Positions 8,973-17,630 of a stretch of DNA of 30,476 nucleotides are shown here, in pieces. Position 1 is the stretch's first letter; each line of letters opens with the position of its first letter. Both the position numbers and the translations under genes were made by a program. Source of the DNA: Thermoplasmatota archaeon (GTDB lineage: Archaea; Thermoplasmatota; Penumbrarchaeia; Penumbrarchaeales; Penumbrarchaeaceae); NCBI GenBank assembly GCA_965234725.1, contig CBDDUX010000078.1, positions 1 to 30,476 of the forward strand, written 5' to 3'. The notes beneath the pieces are model-generated. The model was not told the DNA's origin and searched no databases. It worked only from the letters and a program-made list of their open reading frames with translations.

Positions 8973-11900
8973 CTATTTATTTCCAATGGGAGGATCCATG
9001 TCATTTCGCCTTCTGGATCGTTGACCGACCTTTTCAGATCCATTCTCATTGATGTCTGGAAGGTCTCTTGGGAGTCTGTTCCTTCTATCAGATGATCTCC
9101 TATTGTCGACCTGAGGACGGGGGCCCGGTCGTCTTCTTTGATTTGAGGGGCGACCATATCTATCTCCCTGTGGTCCTTGTTCTTCTTGCAATGTCTCATT
9201 CCATTCTTTTTTAAGGATGTTATTCCTAACGACCAGATAGATCAGAACTGTCAAGGCCAGGATCACTATTATAACAAGTATCGAAAAAAAGATCGCCCCA
9301 AGGTCATTCTTATCTTTGGAAGCATTCTCATTTCCTCTAACCACAACTGTGATCCTGATCAGGTCTGACATTGTATTTCCGGATGCATCTACGGCTCTGG
9401 CCTCGATCAGATGTACACCCTTTGACAGATCCACATCTATGGCCCATATGGAACCATTTACATCAACCGAGGCCCAATTGCCCCCATCGATCCTTACATC
9501 GACCGACACATTCGACCTGTCATCCGAGGCAGTTCCGGAGATGGTGATCATACCTTCCGGGAGGGTCTCATTGGCAAGGGGGGTAGAAATGGCTATTTGT
9601 GGATCTACTCGATCCTTGCTCTGATCGTTATCGAAGAAATAATGAAGTTTAATTGACCTGCTGTTGCCGGCAAGGTCCTCCGCATCGATCGTAAAGACAT
9701 TCTCCCCTGATTCAAGCATAACGATCCATTCAATGGTTCCATTTGAGGATATAAGCTCTCTGGGTGAAGATGTGTTCCTGCCCCAGACCCCCTTTATCCC
9801 ATGATCGTCGAACACCATCCCGGTTACCTGGGCGACCATTGTTTTTATGTTGGACCTATCCATGGGTTCTATGCGTTCGAATGTTGGGCTTTCCTTGTCC
9901 AGAATGGTATCGATATAGATCGTCCTTGAGTTGCCTATTTGATCTGTCGCTGTAATGGATATATTGTTCCTGCCAAGATAAAGATCAACATCAGCTTGGA
10001 AATTGATATCGGTAACAACTGCCAGATTCCCACCTACAACTACAATGGAATCCCTTTCAACAGTTCCGGTGATACTGATCCTACTCTGATTTGTATATGA
10101 GGGAGGTCTCACAACCTCGATCCATGGTGGGCTCGAATCCACAAAGATGAAAATGACAGATCTTGTCCTGCTACCCGTCCGGTCGAATGCTTCAACCACG
10201 ATCCTGTTCTCTCCCTCGAACAGATCTTCCAATCTATAGGTAAAGCCCATTATATCGAATTCTATCTCTATCCCATTTACAAGGACCATCTGCGTATCGT
10301 GTGATACCACTCCTTCAATTTCGATATAATCGCTCTTTATTGTAGTGGCATTGACCGGAGAAAGTATCCTTAGTGTGGGAGGTGTTGTATCGAGATAGAC
10401 CCTCCTCAATATATCAACAAAATTCCCCGCTTTGTCGATCGACCTTACCAGGATATCGTTCCATCCCTCGAAAAGGTGGACCTCATATGAAAAGGCACCT
10501 TTGGTGTGATTTACAAGATCTTCATTTATATAGAGATGGGCACCAACTTCACATGAACCTGAAAATGTGATGTTAGGATAACTTGTATATGTTTCATCCT
10601 GAGGTGAGTCCAAAGATAACATTGGATCGACCGTGTCAATACCGAAATGGATGTAGGCTGTAGACATTCTCCCATCAGCGTTCATTGACTTCACCATGAG
10701 ATCATGCTCTCCATCGGATCCAAAAGAAAGAGGTATTGAAAAGGAATTTCCCGGAGTGAGCTTAACTTCAGTACCACCATCAAGGAACATAGATAAGCTT
10801 GATATGGGACGTTTATCGGTCACTTTTCCGGTCACTGTAAAGGAACGAGTTGATATCCAGCTGAAATTCGCCGGATGTGTGAATTGAATGATCGGAGTGG
10901 ATAACAATACCTCAAGGGATGTGAAATGACTCAAAGAGGTGTTCACATCTTTCATCCTCAAGGCCCCCTCGTAAAGAACAGTAATATTATGCGGTTCATT
11001 GAACCGTGAACCGGATAGATCATGTATCCTGCTAATAATGGGTAAGTCCAATACCCAACCATCTGGTCCAGTTAGTGCCTGTTTCTCAACTTTGCCATCA
11101 GGTCCTTTAATTTCAAAATCTGCAAAGTGGGCTGGAATACCACCATTGGTTGTTACACGGACATCAAATCTGTAGGCTTCATATACCTTGCTCAGTCCTT
11201 CGACAACGACATCCGAGGGAGTAGTATTCAATAGATATATATTGGATGGAATAGAGGATGCTGCGACAAAGATCCCATTCATTCCCATTTGATATGGGAC
11301 ACAGTCCACCATTTCAAGTATCGAGGAATGGACCCTGATCGACTCCGGATCATTGGAGAATATGATCGAATCAGACACCATCACATCTGATTCCCTCATG
11401 GTTACCACCTTTGCACAATTATAGAATCTGATAGAGCTCAATTTCGCTATGGAATTCCTGATATCCAATCCTTTACTCATGCATGATGATATATTGGTCC
11501 TAACAGCTTCAAGTGTTGAACCTTCCAAAAGATGGATCCCATCCATCTGGCATTCGAATATCTCCACATCGGAGAGGGTAATATTGGAACCTTCTCCTGT
11601 TAAACCAACAGGACTGTTGGAAATCGAAGAATTGTATGCATAGAAATCTGATGTCTCCGAATAGAGGCCTTTCTCATCGATCTCCCCTTCGGGGACTCCG
11701 CAGCCTTCTACCTTGGATCTGTTCAATTCGAGATAAGATCCTTTTAAAGTCTTGAAGAAGAAAGAACCAATGCTCGATCCTATGATGACCGAACCGTTCC
11801 TGATGTAAATGGAACCTCCATTCTCCACAACTATAGAATTTGGACCTACCAATGAGGAATTGATGCTAAGGGTAACATTATTTAGATATAGACTACCGGA

Positions 11901-12119
11901 GATCGAAATATTACCGTCCACCGAGATCGTGGTATCGGAATAAGTTTCAGATCCGGTGATCGTCCAGTTTCCGTTGAGAGGAGGCGTGTTTGGAATTACA
12001 TTTTCCAAATTCTCACCCTCACCTTCATTATTCAAGGGAATTAGAAGGATCGAAGTTATCACGAATACTAACCAAACCCCACGGCCATAACTGGAATACG
12101 ATCCCATTGAACCGAACAT
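8973..12119 (-). CDS. Single-pass surface protein: parallel beta-helix-like N-terminal region, tandem Ig-like repeats, TM helix, Arg-rich tail
   Basis: 1048 aa with a hydrophobic N-terminus. Beta-helix-like periodicity (GNISISGSLYLNNVTL, ITLSDVEIFEC, GLDIRNS). Repeated DTxPPxLxIxSP...LxEGxNxIxVxAxDxAGN units. TM IFFSILVIIVILALTVLIYLVV. Confidence 0.85.
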   Translation of the reverse strand: MFGSMGSYSSYGRGVWLVFVITSILLIPLNNEGEGENLENVIPNTPPLNGNWTITGSETYSDTTISVDGNISISGSLYLNNVTLSINSSLVGPNSIVVENGGSIYIRNGSVIIGSSIGSFFFKTLKGSYLELNRSKVEGCGVPEGEIDEKGLYSETSDFYAYNSSISNSPVGLTGEGSNITLSDVEIFECQMDGIHLLEGSTLEAVRTNISSCMSKGLDIRNSIAKLSSIRFYNCAKVVTMRESDVMVSDSIIFSNDPESIRVHSSILEMVDCVPYQMGMNGIFVAASSIPSNIYLLNTTPSDVVVEGLSKVYEAYRFDVRVTTNGGIPAHFADFEIKGPDGKVEKQALTGPDGWVLDLPIISRIHDLSGSRFNEPHNITVLYEGALRMKDVNTSLSHFTSLEVLLSTPIIQFTHPANFSWISTRSFTVTGKVTDKRPISSLSMFLDGGTEVKLTPGNSFSIPLSFGSDGEHDLMVKSMNADGRMSTAYIHFGIDTVDPMLSLDSPQDETYTSYPNITFSGSCEVGAHLYINEDLVNHTKGAFSYEVHLFEGWNDILVRSIDKAGNFVDILRRVYLDTTPPTLRILSPVNATTIKSDYIEIEGVVSHDTQMVLVNGIEIEFDIMGFTYRLEDLFEGENRIVVEAFDRTGSRTRSVIFIFVDSSPPWIEVVRPPSYTNQSRISITGTVERDSIVVVGGNLAVVTDINFQADVDLYLGRNNISITATDQIGNSRTIYIDTILDKESPTFERIEPMDRSNIKTMVAQVTGMVFDDHGIKGVWGRNTSSPRELISSNGTIEWIVMLESGENVFTIDAEDLAGNSRSIKLHYFFDNDQSKDRVDPQIAISTPLANETLPEGMITISGTASDDRSNVSVDVRIDGGNWASVDVNGSIWAIDVDLSKGVHLIEARAVDASGNTMSDLIRITVVVRGNENASKDKNDLGAIFFSILVIIVILALTVLIYLVVRNNILKKEWNETLQEEQGPQGDRYGRPSNQRRRPGPRPQVDNRRSSDRRNRLPRDLPDINENGSEKVGQRSRRRNDMDPPIGNK

Positions 12120-12194
12120 GCAAGTTGATGGGTAGGCCTGATAAATAATACTTAAGGTAGGAAGGCCACTTTATTCAACATGGTCCATAGTGGA

Positions 12195-13352
12195 TCACAG
12201 TTCATTTCCATCAGTTTCATCTGAAGGAGGACCATCTAACCTTGATCCTTCTTCTGAGTCAAGTACTTCAGTTGACGACACCCCGGTATCCACCGTCGTA
12301 CCGGCCACTGAGGTATCTCCCTGATCCGGTTCGGAATCGGTCAATACCGAGGGTGTTGGAACAGGTTCTTTTCCTTCCTCATCCATTATTGGAGAGGGGG
12401 CCTGTCCTTTATAATCTTCATTTGAACCCATTTCCGAAGGAGAGATCGATATCGCTTCCATTGAGGCAATATCTACTTGGGGTTGATCGCCAACGATCGG
12501 GATCGGTGTAAGGACTGGACCTTCCGTCGTATCTGACATGGCGTTTTCCATTTGGCTTCCTTCTGGTGGTGTGATGGGGCCGCCTATCCTTGTTGCCGTT
12601 CCTAAGAAGTCATAATTTCCAAGGGAATTGGATTCGTACAATCTTGCATATTGGTCCGGATCGATATAGTAAACCTTCCCGTCTATCATTGACCTGAAGG
12701 CATAATAGGGTCCATCCTGAGGATTGAAGAATGTCCTTGCATCCTTGGACCTCCTTTTGAAATAATAGAAAACCATGAATATTACAAGGATAATTATGAT
12801 TACAACCAATGCTATGACAACGATGGGCAAAATATCCAGTCCCTGGCCTTCCTCCTTGTTCTTAACCTCGTAATCTATGCGGATCCTGACAGTGGCATTG
12901 TCCCAATCCTTATCATCACCCTTTTGGGAGGGATTGAAAAATACTATGGACTTTTGACTGTTCGTGGGATTCTTGATCTCTTTTTCCACCCTTATTGAAA
13001 CATTTTTCATTACAAAGAAAGCTTCGGTTTCCCCAATCTCTATCCTGGTAATCTTTTCAGCCCTACTTTTTTCCAGTATCAATATATCAATTCCGCGAGG
13101 TTCGTAATCTTCCGCTGAGCTTCCTTTGAACGTGATGGTAAGGGTCAAAACATCTCCTTTCTCATCAAAATCACTCAATTGAAGGGGGATAAAGGTACCT
13201 GGAACGATCTCATAAGGATCAAAGGTCATTGCACCATTAGATCCCGGGAGCATGGCAATGAATAACATTATCGCGGTAAAAACTAGTACGAAACCAACTC
13301 TCGACCTCAATTTAGAAACCCCCGAGGAACGTATCTCCTTATGTGCCCTCAT
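12195..13352 (-). CDS. Hypothetical single-pass membrane protein with acidic C-terminal tail
   Basis: Signal-like segment VGFVLVFTAIMLFIAMLPGSNG, ~130-aa beta-rich ectodomain, TM ILPIVVIALVVIIIILVIFMVFYYF followed by KRR. Start is uncertain (ATG 13352 chosen; TTG 13373 possible). Confidence 0.8.
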   Translation of the reverse strand: MRAHKEIRSSGVSKLRSRVGFVLVFTAIMLFIAMLPGSNGAMTFDPYEIVPGTFIPLQLSDFDEKGDVLTLTITFKGSSAEDYEPRGIDILILEKSRAEKITRIEIGETEAFFVMKNVSIRVEKEIKNPTNSQKSIVFFNPSQKGDDKDWDNATVRIRIDYEVKNKEEGQGLDILPIVVIALVVIIIILVIFMVFYYFKRRSKDARTFFNPQDGPYYAFRSMIDGKVYYIDPDQYARLYESNSLGNYDFLGTATRIGGPITPPEGSQMENAMSDTTEGPVLTPIPIVGDQPQVDIASMEAISISPSEMGSNEDYKGQAPSPIMDEEGKEPVPTPSVLTDSEPDQGDTSVAGTTVDTGVSSTEVLDSEEGSRLDGPPSDETDGNEL

Positions 13353-13422
13353 CCTTTTAAAGTTTGATGGCAAAATGGCTCCGTTAAAGAATCATTGAGA
13401 AGCGATAACGGTTAGAGTTTCA

Positions 13423-15186
13423 TCAATCCCGTCCGAAGAATCCTCTGAGGACAGGGTGCATCTCCATCATCTGTTCCTTGCCTATCTGCTCGTATAGACG
13501 TATAATGATACCTACTGTCAGTAGCACACCTGTTCCAGATGTCGAGCCTACCGTCCCTACCATGTCAGCTAAAGCTGCAAGGAGACCAACAAATGCTCCG
13601 GATATGACCGTAACGGTGGGAATGTACCGGTTCAGGACCTTCTTCAGGACCCTTGGATCCCTCCTGAAACCAGGGATCCTCATTCCTGAGCTCTGGATCT
13701 GTTTGGCCACTGCTTCAGGCCCCATGTTCGTTGTCTCTATCCAGAACTTGGCGAATAGGATGGAACCCACCACCATGATCCCCACATAGATCAGGACATG
13801 GACCGCAACCTGCCAATAATCGTGGTCCCCTACATAGCCCCTGTACCTGTCCCAATTGATCAAAGGAAGTAGCCAGGACTGGAGGCCGTTGACCCTTGAA
13901 ACATACCAGGCCAGACCTCCCGAAGGTGAAGTGGATCCGGCATCATAGAACCCGATCCTCCAATTCTCTCCAACTATAGGGATGGTCTTGAATTTCGGAT
14001 GATTCCATAAGAGTAGTGAGAACATATTGATGTTTGCAAGAAGGGCCGACATCAATATAACAGGAATATTTGAGGCATAGATCAATCTGATCGGATACCT
14101 GCCTCTAGCTCCCCTGGCCTTAGCATGGGAAAGAGGTAGCTCTATCTGTGTTGACTCAGCATAAGCTACCACTAAGAAAATCACTATTGTCGAAAGAAGG
14201 GCGACCATTGGGTTCGGAGGCGAAAGGAAGATGGTCTCGAACCCTCCTGAAGCAAGTTCCCTGATTCCACCTGACATATTGTTAAGTATATACCAGGTCT
14301 TGGGAATGGTTCCTGCAGGAATACTGCCATAGCTATCAACAAGACGGTCTAGATTGTATTGGGCGGCAGTAGCCTTCCCGAGCGGTATCCATGAAATGGT
14401 CCCCTGGAAGATCGCCTGGGATACGCCTGCAGCGATGAACATTGATATGCCTGAACCGATCCCCCATTTGGAGATGACCTCATCCATAAGGAACACTAGA
14501 TATGAACCGAACACTATCTGGAATATAACGACCATTCTGGCCCAACCAGTACCAATATCCCCCATCCAACCGGAACTCGATGGTGTCAAGTAACCATATA
14601 CCTGTGGGATAGCTTCAACGAATATCATTACGAGCACAAGGACCTTCTGGACGCCTTGATAGATGGCCTTGTCCTCGGCCTTCTGGAGGTCCAGATTAAT
14701 GATCTTTGCACCCGAGAATAGCTGCATTATGATAGAACCTGTGACTATGGGTCCAATTCCCAGATGCATCAATGAGCCGTTTGCTCCGGCAAGTATTGCC
14801 CTGAATTCGGAGAATATATCTATGCTATCTCCGGAGAGACCGTAGAGCTGTACGTTGCTTAGGAAGAAATACAGGATCAGGGTTCCGAAAGTCCAAAGCA
14901 TCTTGGTCCTGAATTTAACGTGACCTTCGGGTTTCTTAATAGCTGGCCACTTTTCAGAAATGGATTTCAGGCCGTAGAGTTTGGATTCCTCTCCGGCATA
15001 GGTGACCATCATTCCGATAAGGAAGAATACTAGGGCAATTGATAATGCAATTACAATGAAAAGAGAGATCTCGGCAAATTTACTGAAGTCAGCCTCTCTC
15101 CATTGCCAGAAATAGACAATGACCATCGTCGCTATATAGGCGATGGCCACCCAGATGGCCTTTCTGTAATCTCTTTCGACAGCCAT
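13423..15186 (-). CDS. secY: Preprotein translocase subunit SecY (Sec61 alpha) with N-terminal extension
   Basis: GSLMHLGIGPIVTGSII, MDEVISKWGIGSGISMFIAAGV, YPIRLIYASNIPVIL, IPGFRRD, GTGVLLTVGI. Lies directly after rpl15. Start set at ATG 15186. Confidence 0.96.
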   Translation of the reverse strand: MAVERDYRKAIWVAIAYIATMVIVYFWQWREADFSKFAEISLFIVIALSIALVFFLIGMMVTYAGEESKLYGLKSISEKWPAIKKPEGHVKFRTKMLWTFGTLILYFFLSNVQLYGLSGDSIDIFSEFRAILAGANGSLMHLGIGPIVTGSIIMQLFSGAKIINLDLQKAEDKAIYQGVQKVLVLVMIFVEAIPQVYGYLTPSSSGWMGDIGTGWARMVVIFQIVFGSYLVFLMDEVISKWGIGSGISMFIAAGVSQAIFQGTISWIPLGKATAAQYNLDRLVDSYGSIPAGTIPKTWYILNNMSGGIRELASGGFETIFLSPPNPMVALLSTIVIFLVVAYAESTQIELPLSHAKARGARGRYPIRLIYASNIPVILMSALLANINMFSLLLWNHPKFKTIPIVGENWRIGFYDAGSTSPSGGLAWYVSRVNGLQSWLLPLINWDRYRGYVGDHDYWQVAVHVLIYVGIMVVGSILFAKFWIETTNMGPEAVAKQIQSSGMRIPGFRRDPRVLKKVLNRYIPTVTVISGAFVGLLAALADMVGTVGSTSGTGVLLTVGIIIRLYEQIGKEQMMEMHPVLRGFFGRD

Positions 15187-15240
15187 GGAACACACACCGG
15201 TTTATGCCCTGGATAGATTTGCTCCCCGATTACCGTTCTT

Positions 15241-15259
15241 CTATTAAAGGGTTTATTAG
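15241..15259 (-). promoter_or_regulatory. Putative internal promoter for secY
   Basis: Minus strand TAAACCC-TTTAATAG in the 86-nt rpl15-secY gap, about 57 nt upstream of the ATG. Same TTTAATA core as at 3780-3786. Confidence 0.4.
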
Positions 15260-15272
15260 AGCCTGTCCAGGC

Positions 15273-15713
15273 TCACTCCTGCTTGACCGTGACGGTCCCG
15301 CCTGCAGCTTCTATCTTCTCTACGGCCTTTTCGGAAGCTTCGGGAGCAAGTATGTGGACTTTGAGGTCGCCTATACTTCCACCCCCAAGCAGTTTCGTAC
15401 AGCCAAGTTTCTCGATATCGAGATCATAAGCATTGCCCTTCTTCTTGGCAGCACCCGATTCCACCATCCGTCCAATATATTCTCGGATCGTTGATAGGTT
15501 CAAGACTATATTATCCTGGACAACGGACTGTGGTCTTTTGAAACCATGCCTTCCGAAATAATCCTTGCCGTAGAACTTGATTATATGGATGTATCTATGC
15601 TTGTGATTACCGGCCATTCCCCTTCCTCCCCTCTTACCAGCGCCTCTTCGAGCCTTGATCCCGTGACCTCTGGTCTTCAATCCTCTGAACTTTGCATTCC
15701 TCTTCTTTGCCAT
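15273..15713 (-). CDS. rpl15: 50S ribosomal protein L15 (uL15)
   Basis: RGAGKRGGRGMAG, FGRHGFKRP, KLLGGG, SEKAVEKIEAAGG. GAGGTG before ATG 15713. Confidence 0.96.
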   Translation of the reverse strand: MAKKRNAKFRGLKTRGHGIKARRGAGKRGGRGMAGNHKHRYIHIIKFYGKDYFGRHGFKRPQSVVQDNIVLNLSTIREYIGRMVESGAAKKKGNAYDLDIEKLGCTKLLGGGSIGDLKVHILAPEASEKAVEKIEAAGGTVTVKQE

Positions 15714-15723
15714 GGCAATCACC

Positions 15724-16191
15724 TCAGATCATCTTCTTAAGGAGCTTGTTGATCTCCTTTCCTCTGTAACCCAATGCACCACCAACGGTGAAATGTCTCT
15801 TTATTCCTTCATATCCACCCTTGTTCGGTGGTGACAGTCTGAATAGGGGTTTTGCTCCTTCCAGGTCCTTGTATTTGAATCCCTTCTCGATCACAGCACC
15901 TGCCAGTTCGTCTGCATTCTTGAAGGAGGATCTAGATTTGATGAACTCATCTGTTATTGTAGAGCCTCCATCGATCCGACCCCTCTGCCGTATCATTTCT
16001 GCAAGGGTATCCTTGTCTACTTCTCCCCAGGTGACATAATCCTTTACTTTCTGGAGCATACCCTTGAATTCTGGTGTCTCAGGTATGACTACACAGTGAT
16101 TGACCCTGTTCAGACTCAATAACATAAGGGTTTCCTTGATATCGGGTTTAACTCTCAAGGTTCCTCTGACCCTAACAACAGCGAGGGTCAT
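15724..16191 (-). CDS. rpl30: 50S ribosomal protein L30 (uL30, archaeal long form)
   Basis: AVVRVRG, GMLQKVKDYVTWGE, FRLSPP..GG, GGALGYRG. Confidence 0.96.
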   Translation of the reverse strand: MTLAVVRVRGTLRVKPDIKETLMLLSLNRVNHCVVIPETPEFKGMLQKVKDYVTWGEVDKDTLAEMIRQRGRIDGGSTITDEFIKSRSSFKNADELAGAVIEKGFKYKDLEGAKPLFRLSPPNKGGYEGIKRHFTVGGALGYRGKEINKLLKKMI

Positions 16192-17123
16192 TGGGCCTCA
16201 CCTCCATCTGAGTTGATCGGTTCCTCAAGTCCAATTACAGGTCCTGAAAGATGCTTCAAAGCGATCCTCTGGTCCTTTTGCACCCTCATTAAAGTTGTTC
16301 CCTTAAGTGCATCCATGACCGCTTTGGCATTGTTGACGGTGGTCTTGGTTTGTCCTCTGGAGAATCCCCAGGCATCCCTGATACCAGCCAATTTCAATAT
16401 CTTCTTAGCCACATCACCTACTGCTAGACCTACTCCGCGGGGAGCTGGCCTGAGTGTAACGGTCGTGGATCCTGCCCTTCCCTCGACCTTGTAGGGAAGA
16501 GAATGTGGGTTCATGCATCCGCATTCCCATGATCCACATCCCCTGTTGAGTTCTATCATGTTGAGCTTCGCGTTATCAATGGCCTTTTTAATCGTAGGTC
16601 CTACCTCTTTTCCGCGAGCCGAACCTAGACCAACGTATCCATTGCTGTTCCCAACAACGACAGTGATGGAGAACCGTGTCCTCCTACCGGAATCGGTCAT
16701 CCTCTGGACCATATTTACCTTGAGCACTTCATCCACAAGGTCTTCGCCAATTATTGTATCGACTATTTGATGTTCCCTTAAAGGAAGACCCGAGCCCAAG
16801 GCATCATGCATAGAGGATACCTTCCCAGCCTTGACAAGGATCCCAAGTTTGGTCTTGGGAACCCATTCTTCCTCCTCGAACTTATCCCTTCTAGGACCCC
16901 TACCCTGTTGTCTCCCAGGTCTAGTCGAACCTCTTCCTCCGGAGCCACTGTCAGGCTTCACAGTTCCTTTTGTAAGACGCGGTCTCTTTCCACGTTCTGT
17001 TTCTTCCTGGGTCTTGACAGCCACATCATCGAGTTTATCCTCCTTGATATCGACCACGGCCAAGTCCCCGGTTTCATCGGTATCTTCTTCCACGTCTTCT
17101 ACCTTCTTCTTATCATCGGTCAT
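16188..17123 (-). CDS. rps5: 30S ribosomal protein S5 (uS5) with long N-terminal extension
   Basis: WVPKTKLG, VQRMTDSGRR, RGCGSWECGC..PHS, PAPRGVGL, LAGIRD. Start ATG 17123. Confidence 0.96.
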   Translation of the reverse strand: MTDDKKKVEDVEEDTDETGDLAVVDIKEDKLDDVAVKTQEETERGKRPRLTKGTVKPDSGSGGRGSTRPGRQQGRGPRRDKFEEEEWVPKTKLGILVKAGKVSSMHDALGSGLPLREHQIVDTIIGEDLVDEVLKVNMVQRMTDSGRRTRFSITVVVGNSNGYVGLGSARGKEVGPTIKKAIDNAKLNMIELNRGCGSWECGCMNPHSLPYKVEGRAGSTTVTLRPAPRGVGLAVGDVAKKILKLAGIRDAWGFSRGQTKTTVNNAKAVMDALKGTTLMRVQKDQRIALKHLSGPVIGLEEPINSDGGEAQ

Positions 17124-17125
17124 GG

Positions 17126-17629
17126 TCACATCTCCAGGATCTTGTTCTTCATGGCCACGAAATCTTCCTCGAACCCCTCGATCTCATTGTGACGTCCGAA
17201 GATCCGGTCCTCTTCCGGAAACATCCCTTCTCCGTGTGGTATGTCAAGTCCAGCATCAAGCATTCCCCTAAGAGTGGCAAATACTCGGCTTCCTGTCTTG
17301 GGTTCCTGCAGACCGATATCGAGGACAGCCTCATGGAGGTCTGATTTACCTGCTTTTACACCTGCAATAAGGCCCACAAGATAAGATGCCGTTGTATCCT
17401 TGATCGAGTGTTTCCAACCCATTTTCTTCAGGTCCTTATATCCCGCCTGAGCAAGAACAAGGTCCCCTTTCATATCGAACTTGATGAACTGTACGGTGGT
17501 ACCGGAAAGACTCTTCCTTACCACTGCCCTTGGTTTCTTTGATTTAACAAGAGAAAGCCTGGACCTGAAATTGGTCTTGCCTTCCCTCCTTCGTCTGAAT
17601 GGCATGTGATATCTTGGTCCGTCTGCCAT
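17126..17629 (-). CDS. rpl18: 50S ribosomal protein L18 (uL18)
   Basis: GPRYHMPFRRRREGKT, AVLDIGLQ, G..DAGLDIPH. Confidence 0.96.
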   Translation of the reverse strand: MADGPRYHMPFRRRREGKTNFRSRLSLVKSKKPRAVVRKSLSGTTVQFIKFDMKGDLVLAQAGYKDLKKMGWKHSIKDTTASYLVGLIAGVKAGKSDLHEAVLDIGLQEPKTGSRVFATLRGMLDAGLDIPHGEGMFPEEDRIFGRHNEIEGFEEDFVAMKNKILEM

Positions 17630-17630
17630 A

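Noticed and set aside
8930..9199. 90-aa N-terminal extension of AsnRS as given by the ORF track
   Set aside because: It overlaps the upstream gene by 227 nt, while ATG 8929 has a proper RBS and gives normal length. Kept only as a speculative frameshift finding.
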